From: an uncultured Thermoleophilia bacterium
GTDB taxonomy: Bacteria > Actinomycetota > Thermoleophilia > UBA2241
Assembly: GCA_963709635.1 (NCBI GenBank)
Contig: CAVPXA010000028.1
Span: 70,020 to 134,019, forward strand
Direction of reading: 5' to 3'
Length of the DNA: 64,000 bases
Below the pieces are notes generated by a model. That model did no database searches. It had not been told where the DNA came from and worked only from the letters and a program-made list of their open reading frames with translations. Shown piece after piece: positions 28,709 through 40,005 of the stretch. Numbering within the stretch: position 1 is the stretch's first letter; each line of letters starts with the position of its first letter. Made by a program: the position numbers and the translations under genes.

Positions 28709-28738
28709 ATTCTAGCGGACCCGCGGCCGGCGCGGCAA
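28709..28738 (-). promoter_or_regulatory. Candidate sigma-70-type promoter of the AOR operon
   Basis: Minus strand TTGCCG-N18-TAGAAT, about 105 nt upstream of the AOR GTG. Confidence 0.3.
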
Positions 28739-28854
28739 TGCCGTGAAAGCGCCGGAATGCAGGGCAAAACGGAGTCTGACCGCGCCTCCGCTTGGCCATT
28801 CTGGCAGGTGGCCGGGCATACTGTCGGGTGCGCCTGCGGCTCACCCGACGAAGA

Positions 28855-29157
28855 CTACTCTTCCGCCGGTCTTGCGTGCCCGGGGGCCTCCGGCAGGTTC
28901 TTGATGTTCTCCGCCTGCAGCCACTTGGCGTAGTTGTCGTTCATGGCGTCGACGAGCTCCTTCATGAACCGCGGTGCGAGGTTCACGCGGCTCATCACGA
29001 CGCCGTTGATCTCGCCGCCCTCGTCGCTCTCGTAGTCGAGGCGGACGAAGGTGATCGAGAACTCGTAGTCCGAGTGGCTGACGTTGGCGAAGTTGGCGTA
29101 CACACCCGCCATCATCTCCGGCGTGGCGTGCAGGTTGATGTGGCGCTCCTCGTCCAT
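28855..29157 (-). CDS. DUF3467-like small protein
   Basis: 100 aa from ATG 29157. GVYANFANVSHSDYEFSITFVRLD pattern typical of DUF3467. The upstream part of ORF 28855..29667 is overprinting of the dehydrogenase gene. TAG stop. Confidence 0.6.
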   Translation of the reverse strand: MDEERHINLHATPEMMAGVYANFANVSHSDYEFSITFVRLDYESDEGGEINGVVMSRVNLAPRFMKELVDAMNDNYAKWLQAENIKNLPEAPGHARPAEE

Positions 29158-29189
29158 GACGAGCTCCTTGCCTCCGGCCCGCGGCCGGC

Positions 29190-30194
29190 TCAGCCGCCGA
29201 TGCGGGCGGCGATGGCGGCGGCCATGCCGGAGGTACCGGCCGAGCCGCCGAGGTCGTAGGTGACGTCCTTGCCCTCGGCGATGACCGCGGCGATGGCGTC
29301 TTCCATACGCCGCGAGGCCTCGACCTCCCCGAGGTGGTCGAGCAGCAGCACGCCGGAGCGCAGCAGGGCCGTGGGGTTGACCTTGTCCTGCCCGGCGTAC
29401 TTGGGCGCGCTGCCGTGCACGGGCTCGAACACCGCCGCGTCGTCGCCGATGTTGGCGCCGGGCGCCACGCCGAGGCCGCCGATGAGCCCGGCGCAGAGGT
29501 CGCTGACGATGTCGCCGTAGAGGTTGGGCAGCACCAGGACGTCGTAGAGCTCGGGCTTCTGCACGAGCTGCATGCACATGTTGTCGACGATGCGGTCGTC
29601 GAACTCGATGTCCGGATACTGCTCGGCGACCTCGCCGCAGACGCGCAGGAAGAGCCCGTCGGTGCACTTCATGATGTTGGCCTTGTGCACGGCGGTGACC
29701 TTGCGCCGGCCGTGCTTGCGCGCGTACTCGAAGGCGAAGCGCGCGATGCGCTCCGTGCCCCGCCGCGTGATGATCTTGATGCTCTCGGCGGCGTCGTCGG
29801 TCACCATGTGCTCGATGCCGGCGTAGAGGTCCTCGGTGTTCTCGCGCACGACGACGAGGTCGATGTCGTCGAACCGGGTGCGCACGCCCTTCATCGTCTT
29901 GGAGGGACGCAGGCAGGCGTACAGGTCGAGCTCCTTGCGCAGCGCGACGTTCACGCTGCGGAACCCCTTGCCCACCGGCGTGGTGATCGGACCCTTGATC
30001 GCCACCTTGGTGCGGCGGATCGAGTCGAGCACGTGCTGCGGCAGAGGCGTGCCGTACTCCTCCATCACGTCGAGGCCGGCGTCGTGCACCTCCCAGACGA
30101 TGGGGACGCCGGTGGCGGCGATCACGGTCTCGAGCGCGGCGGCCAGCTCGGGGCCGGTGCCGTCGCCGGGGATGAGGGTCACGGTGTACGTCAT
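29190..30194 (-). CDS. Isocitrate/homoisocitrate/isopropylmalate dehydrogenase family enzyme (short, NAD-IDH/HICDH-like)
   Basis: 334 aa. [60 protein letters not shown]. Confidence 0.88.
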   Translation of the reverse strand: MTYTVTLIPGDGTGPELAAALETVIAATGVPIVWEVHDAGLDVMEEYGTPLPQHVLDSIRRTKVAIKGPITTPVGKGFRSVNVALRKELDLYACLRPSKTMKGVRTRFDDIDLVVVRENTEDLYAGIEHMVTDDAAESIKIITRRGTERIARFAFEYARKHGRRKVTAVHKANIMKCTDGLFLRVCGEVAEQYPDIEFDDRIVDNMCMQLVQKPELYDVLVLPNLYGDIVSDLCAGLIGGLGVAPGANIGDDAAVFEPVHGSAPKYAGQDKVNPTALLRSGVLLLDHLGEVEASRRMEDAIAAVIAEGKDVTYDLGGSAGTSGMAAAIAARIGG

Positions 30195-30728
30195 GCTTCT
30201 GGTCCTCCGGGCAGCGCGAAGCCGCCGTGCTTCTTGACGTGGGCGACGAGGCCGCCGTCGTCCAGGATGGTCACCATCACCGGCGGCAGCGGCACGAAGG
30301 GGATGACGGCGCCGGTGGTGAGGTCCTTGACCTCACCGGCGCTCCAGGTCGACCTGCAGCTCGTCCTGCTCGCCGATGCCGCTCGTGTCGCACTGCAGCA
30401 CCGGCAGGCCGACGTTGATGGAGTTGCGGAAGAAGATGCGCGCGAAGCTCTGCGCCAGCACCGCGCCGACGCCGGCCAGCTTGATGATGCGCGGCGCGTG
30501 CTCGCGGCTCGAGCCGAGGCCGAAGTTGCGGCCGCCGACGACGAAGTCGCCCTGCTGCATCTCGCCGGCGAACTCCGGCCGCGCGTCCTCGAGGACGTGC
30601 TTGGCGAGCTCCGGCATGTTGGTGCGCAGGTGGAAGAGGCGGCCGGGCGCGATGTGGTCGGTGCTGATGTCGTCGCCGAACAGCCAGGCCCGGCCGTGCA
30701 ACAGCTCGTCGTCCGTCACGTGACCCAC
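30191..30728 (-). pseudogene. LeuD-type small subunit of an aconitase-superfamily dehydratase; 1-nt insertion near 30342
   Basis: [26 protein letters not shown]. The last 55 aa ([40 protein letters not shown]) are in another frame. The TGA overlaps the dehydrogenase ATG. Confidence 0.8.
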
Positions 30729-31237
30729 TCCTCCTCGCTGACGACCACCGAGTTCATGGCGACGCCGGGCTCGCGCGCCAGCTGCGGGTTGCGCTCCGGG
30801 ATGGCCTCGACGACGTCCATGCCTTCGATCACGCGGCCGAACACGGTGTGCCGCCCGTCGAGGTGCGGCGTCGGCCCGTAGGTGATGAAGAACTGCGAGC
30901 CGTTGGTGCCCGGGCCGGCATTGGCCATGGAGAGGATGCCGGGCTGGTCGTGCTTGAGCATCGGGTGGAACTCGTCGCCGAACTTGTAGCCCGGGCCGCC
31001 GCTGCCGCTGCCGGTGGGGTCGCCGCCCTGCGCCATGAAGCCGTGGATCACGCGGTGGAACGTGACGCCGTCGTAGTAGCCGTCCCGGGCCAGGAAGACG
31101 AAGTTGTTGACCGTCTGGGGCGCCTTGTCGGCGAAGAGCTCGACGACGATGTCGCCGTTGTCGGTACTGATCGTCGCGACGTACCGCTTGCTGGGGTCGA
31201 TGACCATCTGCGGGGGTCCGCTGTACTGCTTGGCCAT
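30716..31237 (-). CDS. Cyclophilin-type peptidyl-prolyl cis-trans isomerase
   Basis: 173 aa. [42 protein letters not shown]. Confidence 0.9.
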   Translation of the reverse strand: MAKQYSGPPQMVIDPSKRYVATISTDNGDIVVELFADKAPQTVNNFVFLARDGYYDGVTFHRVIHGFMAQGGDPTGSGSGGPGYKFGDEFHPMLKHDQPGILSMANAGPGTNGSQFFITYGPTPHLDGRHTVFGRVIEGMDVVEAIPERNPQLAREPGVAMNSVVVSEEEWVT

Positions 31238-31250
31238 GGCCGCCTCCTTT

Positions 31251-32523
31251 CTAGAGAAGCTCGCGCGGGTCGGTGATCTCGCCGGCCACGGCCGAGGCGG
31301 CCGCGGTAGCCGGAGATCCGAGGTAGATGGAGGCCTCAGGGTTGCCCATGCGGCCGTGGAAGTTGCGGTTGGCGGTGCTGATGCACACCTCGCCGTCGGC
31401 GAGGATGCCCTCGTGGATGCCGACGCAGGCGCCGCAGCCGGGGTTGGTGATCACGGCGCCGGCGTCCCAGAACACGTCGAAGAGGCCTTCGGCGGCGGCG
31501 GCTCGCGCGGTGGCCTGCGAGGCCGGCGTGACGATGAGGCGCGTGCCCGGGGCGCGGCGGCGACCCTTGAGCACGCGCGCCGCCGAGCGCAGGTCCTCGA
31601 GGCGGCCGTTGGTGCAGGTGCCGATGAGCACCTGGTCGACCCTGGTGCCCTTGAGCTCCGCCGCCGGCGGCCGTGTTGTCCACGGTGTGCGGCTTCGCCA
31701 CCGTGGGCACGATGGCGCCGAGGTCGAAGCGCACGACGCGCTCGTAGGACGCGCCGGCGTCCGCGGCGAGGGGCTTCCACGCGTCCCCGCGGCCCTGCGA
31801 CTCGAGGTACGCGCGCGTGGCCTCGTCGCTCGGCATGAGGCCGCACTTGGCGCCGGCCTCCACGCTCATGTTGCTGAGGGTGAGCCGGCCGGGCATGGGC
31901 ATGGCGTCGATGCCCGGCCCCCCGAACTCCAGCGCCTTGTAGGTGGCGCCGTCGGCGCCGAGCTGCCCGATGAGCGTGAGCATGAGGTCCTTGGCCTCCA
32001 CGCCCTCCGCGAACGCGCCCTCGACCTCGATGCGGAACGTCTCGGGCACGCGCAGCCAGGTCTTGCCGGTGGCCATGCCCACGGCGACGTCGGTGCTGCC
32101 CATGCCGGTGCCGAACGCGCCGAGCGCGCCGGCCATGCAGGTGTGCGAGTCGGCGCCGATGACGAGGTCGCCCGGCTTGGCGTAGCTCTCGGCGACGCGC
32201 TGGTGGCACACGCCCATCTCGACGTCGCTCAGCGTGGCGCCGGACTCGGCGCAGAACGCGCGGATGGTCTTCTGCGCGTTGGCGAGCTCGCTGCGCGGCG
32301 CCGGCGCCGCGTGGTCGATGAAGAACACGCACTCCGGCGCCTTGACCCTGGCGGCGCCGAGCTCCTGGATCTGCTGGATCGCCAGCGGGCCGGTGCCGTC
32401 CTGGGCGATGGCGACGCTCACGTCGCAGACGACGATCTGGCCGGGCGCCACGGCGTCCAGCCCGGCCGCCCCCGCCAGCAGCTTCTCCGCGAGGGTGGCG
32501 GCGCCGGCGAGGGCTCGGTGCAC
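31251..32523 (-). pseudogene. LeuC-type large subunit of an aconitase-superfamily dehydratase; indel near 31660
   Basis: IDHAAPAP, GADSHTCMAGALGAFGTGMGSTD (ORF 31336..32523), then [13 protein letters not shown]...GCGACVG...[12 protein letters not shown] (ORF 31251..31631). TAG stop. Confidence 0.85.
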
Positions 32524-32544
32524 GTCGGCTGCTCCTCGCGGCTG

Positions 32545-33805
32545 TTACGTCGCGGCTCCCGGGGCCGGGGCGGCCGGGCCTCACCGGCGGGCTGCGCCGA
32601 ACGGCTGTTGCCCATGGGCACGGCGTCGCCGAGGTGGCCCAGGTAGTCCTGGTAGATGTACATGAGCTCCTTGTCGAACAGCGCCCGCTTGAGCTCGATG
32701 GCCGTCTTGCGCACGAGCGCGAGCACGCCGTCGCAATCCTCCTGCGTGAGCTCCAGCCCGAACTCCTGGAACTTGCGGTAGATGGTGCGCGAGCCGGAGT
32801 GCTTGCCCACCACGATCTGGCGCTCGAGCCCCACGTCCTCGGGCGCGAACGCCTCGTAGTTGAGCGGGTTCTTGATGACGCCGTCGGCGTGGATGCCGCT
32901 CTCGTGGGCGAACACATTGGTGCCCACGATGCTCTTCCACGCCGGGATCGTCCGCGCCGACGCCGCGGCGACGTACTCGCTGAGCTCGCGGAAGCGGCTC
33001 GTGTGCAGACCGACGTCGACCTTGCCGAGGTACTTGAGCGCCATCGCCACCTCCTCGAGCGCGGCGTTGCCGGCGCGCTCACCGAGGCCGTTGACGGTGG
33101 TGTTGACGTAGGTGGCGCCGGCCTTGATGCCCGCCAGGGCGTTGGCCGTGGCCATACCGAAGTCGTCGTGCGTGTGCATCTCGATGTTGAGGCCCTCTTT
33201 GATGAGGAACGTGATGACGTTGTAGGTGTCGAAGGGGTCGAGGATGCCGAGCGTGTCGCAGAAGCGCAGCCGGTCGGCGCCCTCCTCCTTGGCGGCCTGG
33301 CCGAAGCGCAGCAGGAACTCGAGGTCGGCGCGCGAGGCGTCCTCGGCGTTGACCGAGACGTAGAGGTCGTGGTCCTTGGCGAACGCCACGCACTCGCGGA
33401 TCTGGTCGAGCACCCACTGGCGCGACTTGGCGAGCTTGTGCTCGATGTGGATGTCGCTGGCCGACATGCTGATGGCGACCGCGTCGACGCCGCAGTCGAT
33501 CGAGTGCTGACGTCCTCGATCACGGCCCGGTTCCAGGCGAGGATCGAGGTGTCGAGCCCGAGCTCGACGATCTCCTTGATGGTCGTCTTCTCGTCGCCGC
33601 CCATGGCCGGGATGCCGACCTCGATCTGGTGGACGCCCACCTCGTCGAGCAGCTTGGCGATGCGGATCTTCTCGTGGTTGCTGAAGACCACGCCGGCGGT
33701 CTGCTCGCCGTCGCGGAGGGTGGTGTCGTCGATGCGCACGGCCGGCTCGGCCGGGCGCCTCTGCGGAGCGATGACGAAGCTGGAGAGATCGCTGGTCATG
33801 GTCAC
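32545..33805 (-). pseudogene. NifV/LeuA-family 2-oxoacid:acetyl-CoA synthase (homocitrate / Re-citrate / citramalate synthase type); deletion near 33507, 3' end uncertain
   Basis: ATG 33805. IDDTTLRDGEQTAGVVFS..EKIRIAKLLDEVGVHQIEVGIPAMG, then (other frame) HSIDCGVDAVAISMSASDIH...EMHTHDDFGMATANALAGI...VNGLGERAGNAALEE. The open frame runs 105 nt into the next gene. A TAA at 32545-32547 or a TGA at 32581-32583 in other frames would be a natural end if there is one more indel. Confidence 0.78.
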
Positions 33806-33848
33806 CTGCCTCGGAGGGTCGAAAGGGTCACTGGTCTGTGGGGGTGGG

Positions 33849-35311
33849 TCACGCGTCGAGGGCGCGCCGGAGCAGGTCGCTCACGACCTGCGGGTTGGCG
33901 CGCCCGCCACTGGCCTTCATCACCTGGCCGACGAAGTAGCCGAGGACCTGCTGCTTGCCGCCCCGGTACTGCTCGACCTGGGCGGGATTGGCGGCGACGA
34001 CCTCGGCGACGACGGCCTCGAGCTCGGAGGTGTCGCTGATCTGGCCGAGGCCGTGCTCGTCGACGATCGCCTCGGGCTCGGCGCGCTTCTCGATCATGAG
34101 CGCGAAGATCTCCTTGGCGGCGCTCGTCGAGACGGTGCCCTCCTCGACGAGCTTGACCAGCCGCGAGAGCCGGTCGGCGGTCACGTGGCCGTGGCCGGCC
34201 TCGAGGCCGGCGGCGTTGAGGTGGGCGAGGTACTCGCCCATCACCCAGTTGGCCGCCGGCTTGGCGCCGGCCCCGGCCGCCACCACCTCTTCGTAGAAGG
34301 CGGCCAGCGCGCCGGAGGTGCCGAGCACGGTGGCGTCGGCGCGCGACAGCCCGTACCGCGCCGTGAACCGCTCCACGCGCGCCGCCGGCAGCTCCGGCTG
34401 CGTCGCGCGCAGCTGCTCGACCCACGCCGGGTCGATGTCGAGCGGCACCAGGTCGGGCTCGGGGAAGTAGCGGTAGTCGTGCGCCTCCTCTTTGCTGCGC
34501 AGCGGCGTCGTCGTGCCCGTGTCCGGGTCGAAGTGCAGCGTCTCCAGGTCGATCTTCTCACCGGCCTCGAGGAGCTCGATCTGACGCGGGATCTCCGCGA
34601 CGAGCGCCTGCTGCAGGTAGCGGAAGCTGTTCATGTTCTTCAGCTCGGTGCGCGTGCCGAGCTCCTGGGCGCCCTCCGGCCGGACGCTGATGTTGGCGTC
34701 CCAGCGGATCTGGCCCTCCTCCATGTTGCACTCGCTCACGCCCAGCTCGACGACGAGCGTGCGCAGCTGCTGGAGGAACTCCCGCGCCGCCTCCGGCGAC
34801 GGGATGTCCGGCTCGGTGACGATCTCGATGAGCGGCGTGCCGCCCCGGTTGAAGTCGACCATGGAGTAGTCCGACCCGGCGATGCGCCCGGTCTCGCCGC
34901 CGGCGTGGATGAGCTTGGCGGCGTCCTCCTCCATGTGCACCCGGTTGATGCGGCAGCGCAGGAGCTCGCCGTCCACCCAGTAGTCGAACCAGCCCGCGGT
35001 GGCGAGCGGCTCGTCGTACTGGCTGATCTGGTACGCCTTGGGGAGGTCGGGATAGAAGTAGTTCTTGCGGTGGAAGATGTTGCGCGCCTGCACCGTGCAG
35101 TTGAGCGCGAGGGCGATGCGCGCGGCGTACTCGACGGCGCGCCTGTTGAGCACGGGCAGCGCGCCGGGGTGCGCGAGGCACACCGGGCAGGTGTGGACGT
35201 TGGGCTCGTCGCCCTTGCTCACGGCGCAGCCGCAGAACATCTTGGTCTGCGTGTCGAGCTCGACGTGCATCTCGAGGCCGATGACGGGTTCCCAGGGCGG
35301 CGTGCCGTCAT
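33849..35311 (-). pseudogene. gatB: Asp/Glu-tRNA amidotransferase subunit B; indel within the first about 6 codons (about 35300)
   Basis: [25 protein letters not shown]... is collinear with GatB. The only start is ATG 35311, overlapping the gatA TGA, and it is out of frame by one nt with WEPVIGLE. Confidence 0.9.
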
Positions 35312-36850
35312 GACTGCGCGTCCTCCGGGCGGTAGGTGACGTCGCCCGGACGCCAGCCCTCCGCCTCCGGGCGGGGCGACGAGTCGGCGAACGTGGGAGC
35401 CGTGTCGAAGCCGAGCGCGCCCTCGAGCGCGTGCGCGGCCTCGAGCATGCGGTTCTCGCTGAACGCCGGGCCGATGAGCTGGAGCCCGGCCGGCAGCCCG
35501 TCGCTGAGGCCGCAGGGGATGCTGATCGCCGGCAGGCCGGCCAGGTTGGCCGGGATGGTGCAGATGTCGCTCATGTACATCGCCAGCGGGTCGTCGGTGC
35601 GCGAGCCGGCCTTGAAGGCGACGGTGGGCGTCGTCGGAGAGGCGATGAGGTCGACCTCCGGCGAACGCCCTCTCGAAGTCGCGGCGGACCATCGTGCGCA
35701 CGCGCTGCGCGCGGCCGTAGTAGGCGTCGTAGTAGCCGGCCGAGAGCGCGTAGGTGCCGATCATGATGCGGCGCTTGACCTCGGGGCCGAACCCCTCGCC
35801 GCGCGTGCGCTCGTAGAGGTCGGTGAGGTCCTCGGGGTCCGCGCAGCGGTAGCCGTAGCGGACCCCGTCGAACCGGGCGAGGTTCGCGGAGGCCTCGGCC
35901 GGCGCGATGATGTAGTACGCCGGCAGCGCGTACTCGGTGTGCGGCAGGCTGATCTCCACGCAGGCTGCCGCCGAGCTCCTCGATGCGCGCGAGCGTCTCG
36001 TCGAAGCGCGCGCGCACCCCCGGCTCGATGCCGGCGGCCAGGTACTCGGCCGGGACGCCCACGCGCAGCCCGTCGAGACGCTCGGCGGACGGCAGGGCGA
36101 TGGGCTCCGGCAGCTCCACGCTGGTGGAGTCGCGCGGGTCGCGCCCGACGATGTGCTGCAGCAGCAGGGCGCAGTCGTACACGGAGCGCGTGAGCGGGCC
36201 GATCTGGTCCAGCGAGCTGGCGAAGGCGATGAGCCCGTAGCGGCTCACGGCGCCGTAGGTGGGCTTCATGCCGACGATGCCGCAGAGCGCCGCCGGCTGG
36301 CGGATGGACCCGCCGGTGTCGCTGCCCAGCGCCCACAGCGCCTCGCCGGCGGCCACGGCGGCGGCGGAGCCGCCGCTGCTGCCGCCGGGCACCGTGCTGA
36401 GGTCCCACGGGTTGGCGGTGACCTGGAACGCCGAGTTCTCGGTGCTGGAGCCCATGGCGAACTCGTCGAGGTTGGTCTTGCCGAGCATCACCACGTGGCC
36501 CTCCCACACCTGCCTCACGGCCGTGGCCGTGTACACCGGCTGGTAGTCGGCGAGGATGCGCGAGGCCGCGGTGGTGGTGACGCCCTCGGTGACCATGTTG
36601 TCCTTGACGGCGATGGGCAGGCCCGCCAGCGGGCCCCGCATCGCCTGCATCTCACGGTCGACCTTGGTGGAGTACTTGAAGATGTTGTCCGTGGTCACCT
36701 TGATGTAGGCGCGGACCTTGCCCTCCACCGCCGCGATCTGGTCGAGGTACACCTTGGCGAGCTCGGCCGACGAGATCTCCCCGTCCACCAGGAGCCGCTT
36801 GGCGTCGCGCGCGGTGAGGCGCAGCGGATCGAGCCCCCTGAGCGGTGCAT
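35308..36850 (-). pseudogene. gatA: Asp/Glu-tRNA amidotransferase subunit A; indels near 35660 and 35961, 5' end uncertain
   Basis: Three frames: LPIAVKDN...GGSSGGSAAAVAAG...GSDTGGSIRQPAA; [31 protein letters not shown]; [28 protein letters not shown]. The conserved LTARDAKRLLVDGEISSAEL lies upstream of the first in-frame GTG (36788). The start is therefore either ATG 36850 with another indel or a non-canonical codon. Confidence 0.9.
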
Positions 36851-36893
36851 CTCCGGTGCCCCGCTCGATAGCCCGCTGCGGTCGCTGTTCACC

Positions 36894-37175
36894 TCAGCCC
36901 ATCCTCGGCACGCGGAAGCAGTCGTCGCTGACGGCGGGAGCGTTGCGAAGGGCCTCGTCGCGCGGCAGGCTCGGGCGCGCCTTGTCCTCGCGCGTGACGT
37001 TGACGACGTCGAGGACGTGCGCCGTGGGCGGCACGCCGTCGAGGTCGAGCTCACTCATCTTGTCGATGTGCGCGAGGATCTTGGCGAGCTCACCGGTCAT
37101 ACGGGACGCCTCGTCCTCTTGGAGTCTGAGCCGGGCGAGTCTCGCGACGTAGCGGACGTCGTCTTCGGAGATCAT
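36894..37175 (-). CDS. gatC: Asp/Glu-tRNA amidotransferase subunit C
   Basis: 93 aa. VRYVARLARLRL...ELAKILAHIDKMSELDLDGVPPTAHV. Confidence 0.9.
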   Translation of the reverse strand: MISEDDVRYVARLARLRLQEDEASRMTGELAKILAHIDKMSELDLDGVPPTAHVLDVVNVTREDKARPSLPRDEALRNAPAVSDDCFRVPRMG

Positions 37176-37247
37176 GTCGCGTTCCTCCTGCTGGGCCGCC
37201 GGAGCGGGACGGATATCCTACTCCAGCCTCAGGGGGGCCACAAGAAA

Positions 37248-37282
37248 GGGGGTCCGCCGGCGGCGACCGCCGGCGGACCCCC
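37248..37282 (-). terminator. Rho-independent terminator of the cold-shock gene
   Basis: 15-bp GC stem gggggtccgccggcg / cgccggcggaccccc with a 5-nt loop, followed on the minus strand by TTTCTT. Confidence 0.6.
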
Positions 37283-37299
37283 TGACGCACGTGCCTCGA

Positions 37300-37503
37300 C
37301 TAGACGACCGGCCTCACCGTGGAGGCCTGCAGGCCCTTGTCGCCCTGGGTGACCTCGAACTCGACGCTCTGCCCCTGGACCAGGGTCTTGTAGCCGTCCA
37401 TGGTGATCTCGGAGTAGTGCACGAACAGGTCGTCACCGTCTTCCCGCTCGATGAAGCCGTACCCCTTCTCGTTGCTGAACCACTTCACCGTCCCCTGCGC
37501 CAC
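37300..37503 (-). CDS. cspA: Cold-shock protein (CspA family)
   Basis: 67 aa. [15 protein letters not shown] (RNP1) and DLFVHYS (RNP2). TAG stop. Confidence 0.95.
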   Translation of the reverse strand: MAQGTVKWFSNEKGYGFIEREDGDDLFVHYSEITMDGYKTLVQGQSVEFEVTQGDKGLQASTVRPVV

Positions 37504-37585
37504 AACCCTTGCCTCCTACTTGCAGCCCTGTGCCGGCCCGGAGGCCAAGCGACACCCCCCATACGGCGCCGCCAAGCACGTCGCG

Positions 37586-37614
37586 AGCGTACAACACGGT
37601 TTGGGACGTGTAAA
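37586..37614 (-). promoter_or_regulatory. Candidate promoter of csp
   Basis: Minus strand TTTACA-N17-TACGCT, about 80 nt upstream of the start. Confidence 0.3.
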
Positions 37615-37685
37615 TGAGCCTCGGGGGGCGACGCCCCCGCGTCACCGCCGGTGACCGCGATGGGCGAGACGCGGGAGCGCGGGGC

Positions 37686-38296
37686 TCAGTCGCCGGCCGG
37701 GAGGAGCGCGCGCCGCAGCATGTCCTCCCAGAGCTCGAAGAGCGGCTCGAGCCGCACGCCGTCCGGGTCGAGCAGCTTCTGGACGGCGAGGCCGTCGGTC
37801 ATCGCCACCATGAGCGAGGCGAAGGCGCGCAGCCGGTCCTCCGCCACGGCGGTGGCGTCGCCGAGGCCCTCCACGTAGAGGTCGCGGTACCAGTCGTACA
37901 GCGCCGCGACCCGCTCCCTGAGCTCGTCGTCGAGCACCACGTGCGGCAGGATCGCGAAGAAGTCGCGGAAGGCGGCGCGGTCGTCCACGAGGCGGCGGTC
38001 GCCGGCGACGAGCCCGTGCACGCGCTCGTCGCCCCCCGCGCCGCCTGCGTCTCCGCGACCGCGCTCAGGCTCTGGTCGTGGCTGAGCGAGTCGACGACCG
38101 CGGCGATGAAGGCGGCCTTGCTGCCGAAGTAGTACCGCACCGAGTCGCGGTAGGCGCCGGCCTCGGCGGCCACCGCCTCGACGGTGAGCGCCTCGTAGCC
38201 GCCGCGCGCCAGGAGCCGGCGCGCGGCGGCCACCAGCTTGCGCGCCGTCGGCGAGAGCTGTGCGGTCGGATCCTCTGTCGGTCGCTGCGCGTCCAT
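37686..38296 (-). pseudogene. TetR/AcrR-family transcriptional regulator; indel in a C6/G6 run near 38036
   Basis: N-terminal HTH ARKLVAAARRLLARGGYEALTVEAVAAEAGAYRDSVRYYFGSKAAFI (ORF 37799..38314). C-terminal ligand domain in ORF 37686..38498. Confidence 0.75.
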
Positions 38297-38485
38297 GGCG
38301 TCCTCGTGGAGCACACCCTACCACCGCCCGGCGGACGCCGTTCGCGCCCGTGACACCGCCGAGGCATCCCGTTGCGCCGCCGCAGCGAGGCGCTGTAGAG
38401 TGAGGGATATCGTTCGGTTGTACGACCGAATACTGCTGCACATCAGGGGATTCTGCAGCTACCAGATCAACGCCAGGGGGAACGA

Positions 38486-39879
38486 ATGCAGGATGCACTC
38501 AAGCAGGAGGCACTGCGAGAATCGCGCAAGGCGCTGGACTTGATGGCGAAATCCGCGCTCACGCCGGAGGAGCAGCAGGAGGTGGTGACCGACTGCGTCA
38601 CCAACTTCGACCGCTACGTCAACCCCGGCATCCTCGAGTACCGCAAGTCGGTGTCCACCGACTACACGTCGGTCGAGTGGACCGACGAAGGGGCGGTCTT
38701 CTACGACATCCACGGCAAGGAGTACATCGACTGCCTCGGCGGCTTCGGCATCTACATGCTCGGCCACCGGCACCCCACCGTGGTCGGGGCGGTGCGAGCG
38801 CAGCTCGAGCACCAGGCGCTGCACTCGCAGGAGCTGCTCGACCCCATGCGCGGCTACCTGAGCCACCTGCTCGCGATGACGACGCCGGGCGACCTGCGGT
38901 ACTCGTTCTTCTGCAACTCGGGCACCGAGGCCAACGAAGGCGCCATGAAGCTCGCCAAGCTCTACGCGCGGCGCAAGAAGCCGAACCACACGCTCGGCAT
39001 CATCGCGACCACCCGCGGCTTCCACGGCAAGTCGTTCGGCTCGCTCAGCGTCAGCGGCAAGGGTGAGTTCCGCGAGCCCTTCTACCCGCTCATGCCGGGC
39101 GTGCGCTTCGTGCCCTACGGCGACGCCGACGCGCTCGACAAGCAGCTGGCCATCTGCGACCAGATCGGCTTCGACATCGCCGCCTTCATCGTCGAGCCGG
39201 TGCAGGGCGAGGCGGGCGCCATCATCCCGCCGGACGACTACTTCGCCAAGGTGCGCGAGATCTGCGACAAGTGGGGCGTCCTGCTCATCGCCGACGAGGT
39301 GCAGACGGGCATGGGCCGCACGGGCACGCTCTGGGGGATGGAGCACTGGGGCGTCGCGCCGGACATCATGACCATGGGCAAGGCGCTCGGCGGCGCCGTC
39401 ATCCCCATCGGCAACTTCATCGCCACCGAAGAAGTGTTCTCCACCATGTACGAGAACCCGTACATCCACACCACGACCTTCGGCGGCAACCCGATGGCGA
39501 CGGCCGCGGGCATCGCCGCCCTGCACGCCACGATCGAGGAGGACATCCCCGGGCAGGCGGCCGAGAAGGGCGCCTACATCAAGGCAGCAGGTCGAGGAGC
39601 TGGCGGAGACCTACGACGACCTCTTCGAGGAGGTCCGCGGCCTCGGCGTGCATCATCGGCATGCAGTTCAAGGACCCGGACATCGGCTACGCCGTCAGCC
39701 AGGGGCTGTTCAGCCGCGGCGTCCTCATCGGCGGCACGCTCTTCAACTCCCTGACGCTGCGCATCCAGCCGCCGGCGATCATCACCCGCGAGCAGATGGA
39801 CACGGTGCTGGAGCGCCTCGAGGCGACGCTCGCCGACGTGCGCAAGCTGGCGCAGCAGGGCGAGCTCGTCGCGCACTGA
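38486..39879 (+). pseudogene. patA: Class-III PLP aminotransferase, putrescine aminotransferase (PatA/YgjG)-like; two 1-nt insertions near 39584 and 39651
   Basis: YVNPGILEYRKSV...IDCLGGFGIYMLGHRHP...HSQELLDP...FFCNSGTEANEGAMKLAK...DEVQTGMGRTG...HTTTFGGNP is collinear with E. coli YgjG as I recall it. A short stretch QQVEELAETYDDLFEEVRGLG is in a third frame, and the tail IIGMQFKD...RIQPP is in ORF 39271..39879. Confidence 0.85.
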
Positions 39880-40005
39880 GCAGACGGCCGGCGCGCAGGG
39901 CGCGGCACCGGCACGCGAGGGCCGGGATGCCTGCAGAGGCATCCCGGCCCTCGTCGTCTCAGGAGCGGATGGCGGCCCCGGCTGCGCCCGGCCGCCCTCC
40001 GCGGC

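Noticed and set aside
26157-35339. ORFs 26157..28484 (+, 775 aa), 26425..27741 (-), 29334..30881 (+), 31327..32646 (+), 31451..33805 (- beyond the first 100 aa) and 32634..35339 (+, 901 aa).
   Set aside because: They are shadows of the AOR, dehydrogenase, LeuCD-like, synthase and gatB genes. Where part of such an ORF is real (N-termini before a frameshift), it has been merged into the gene call.
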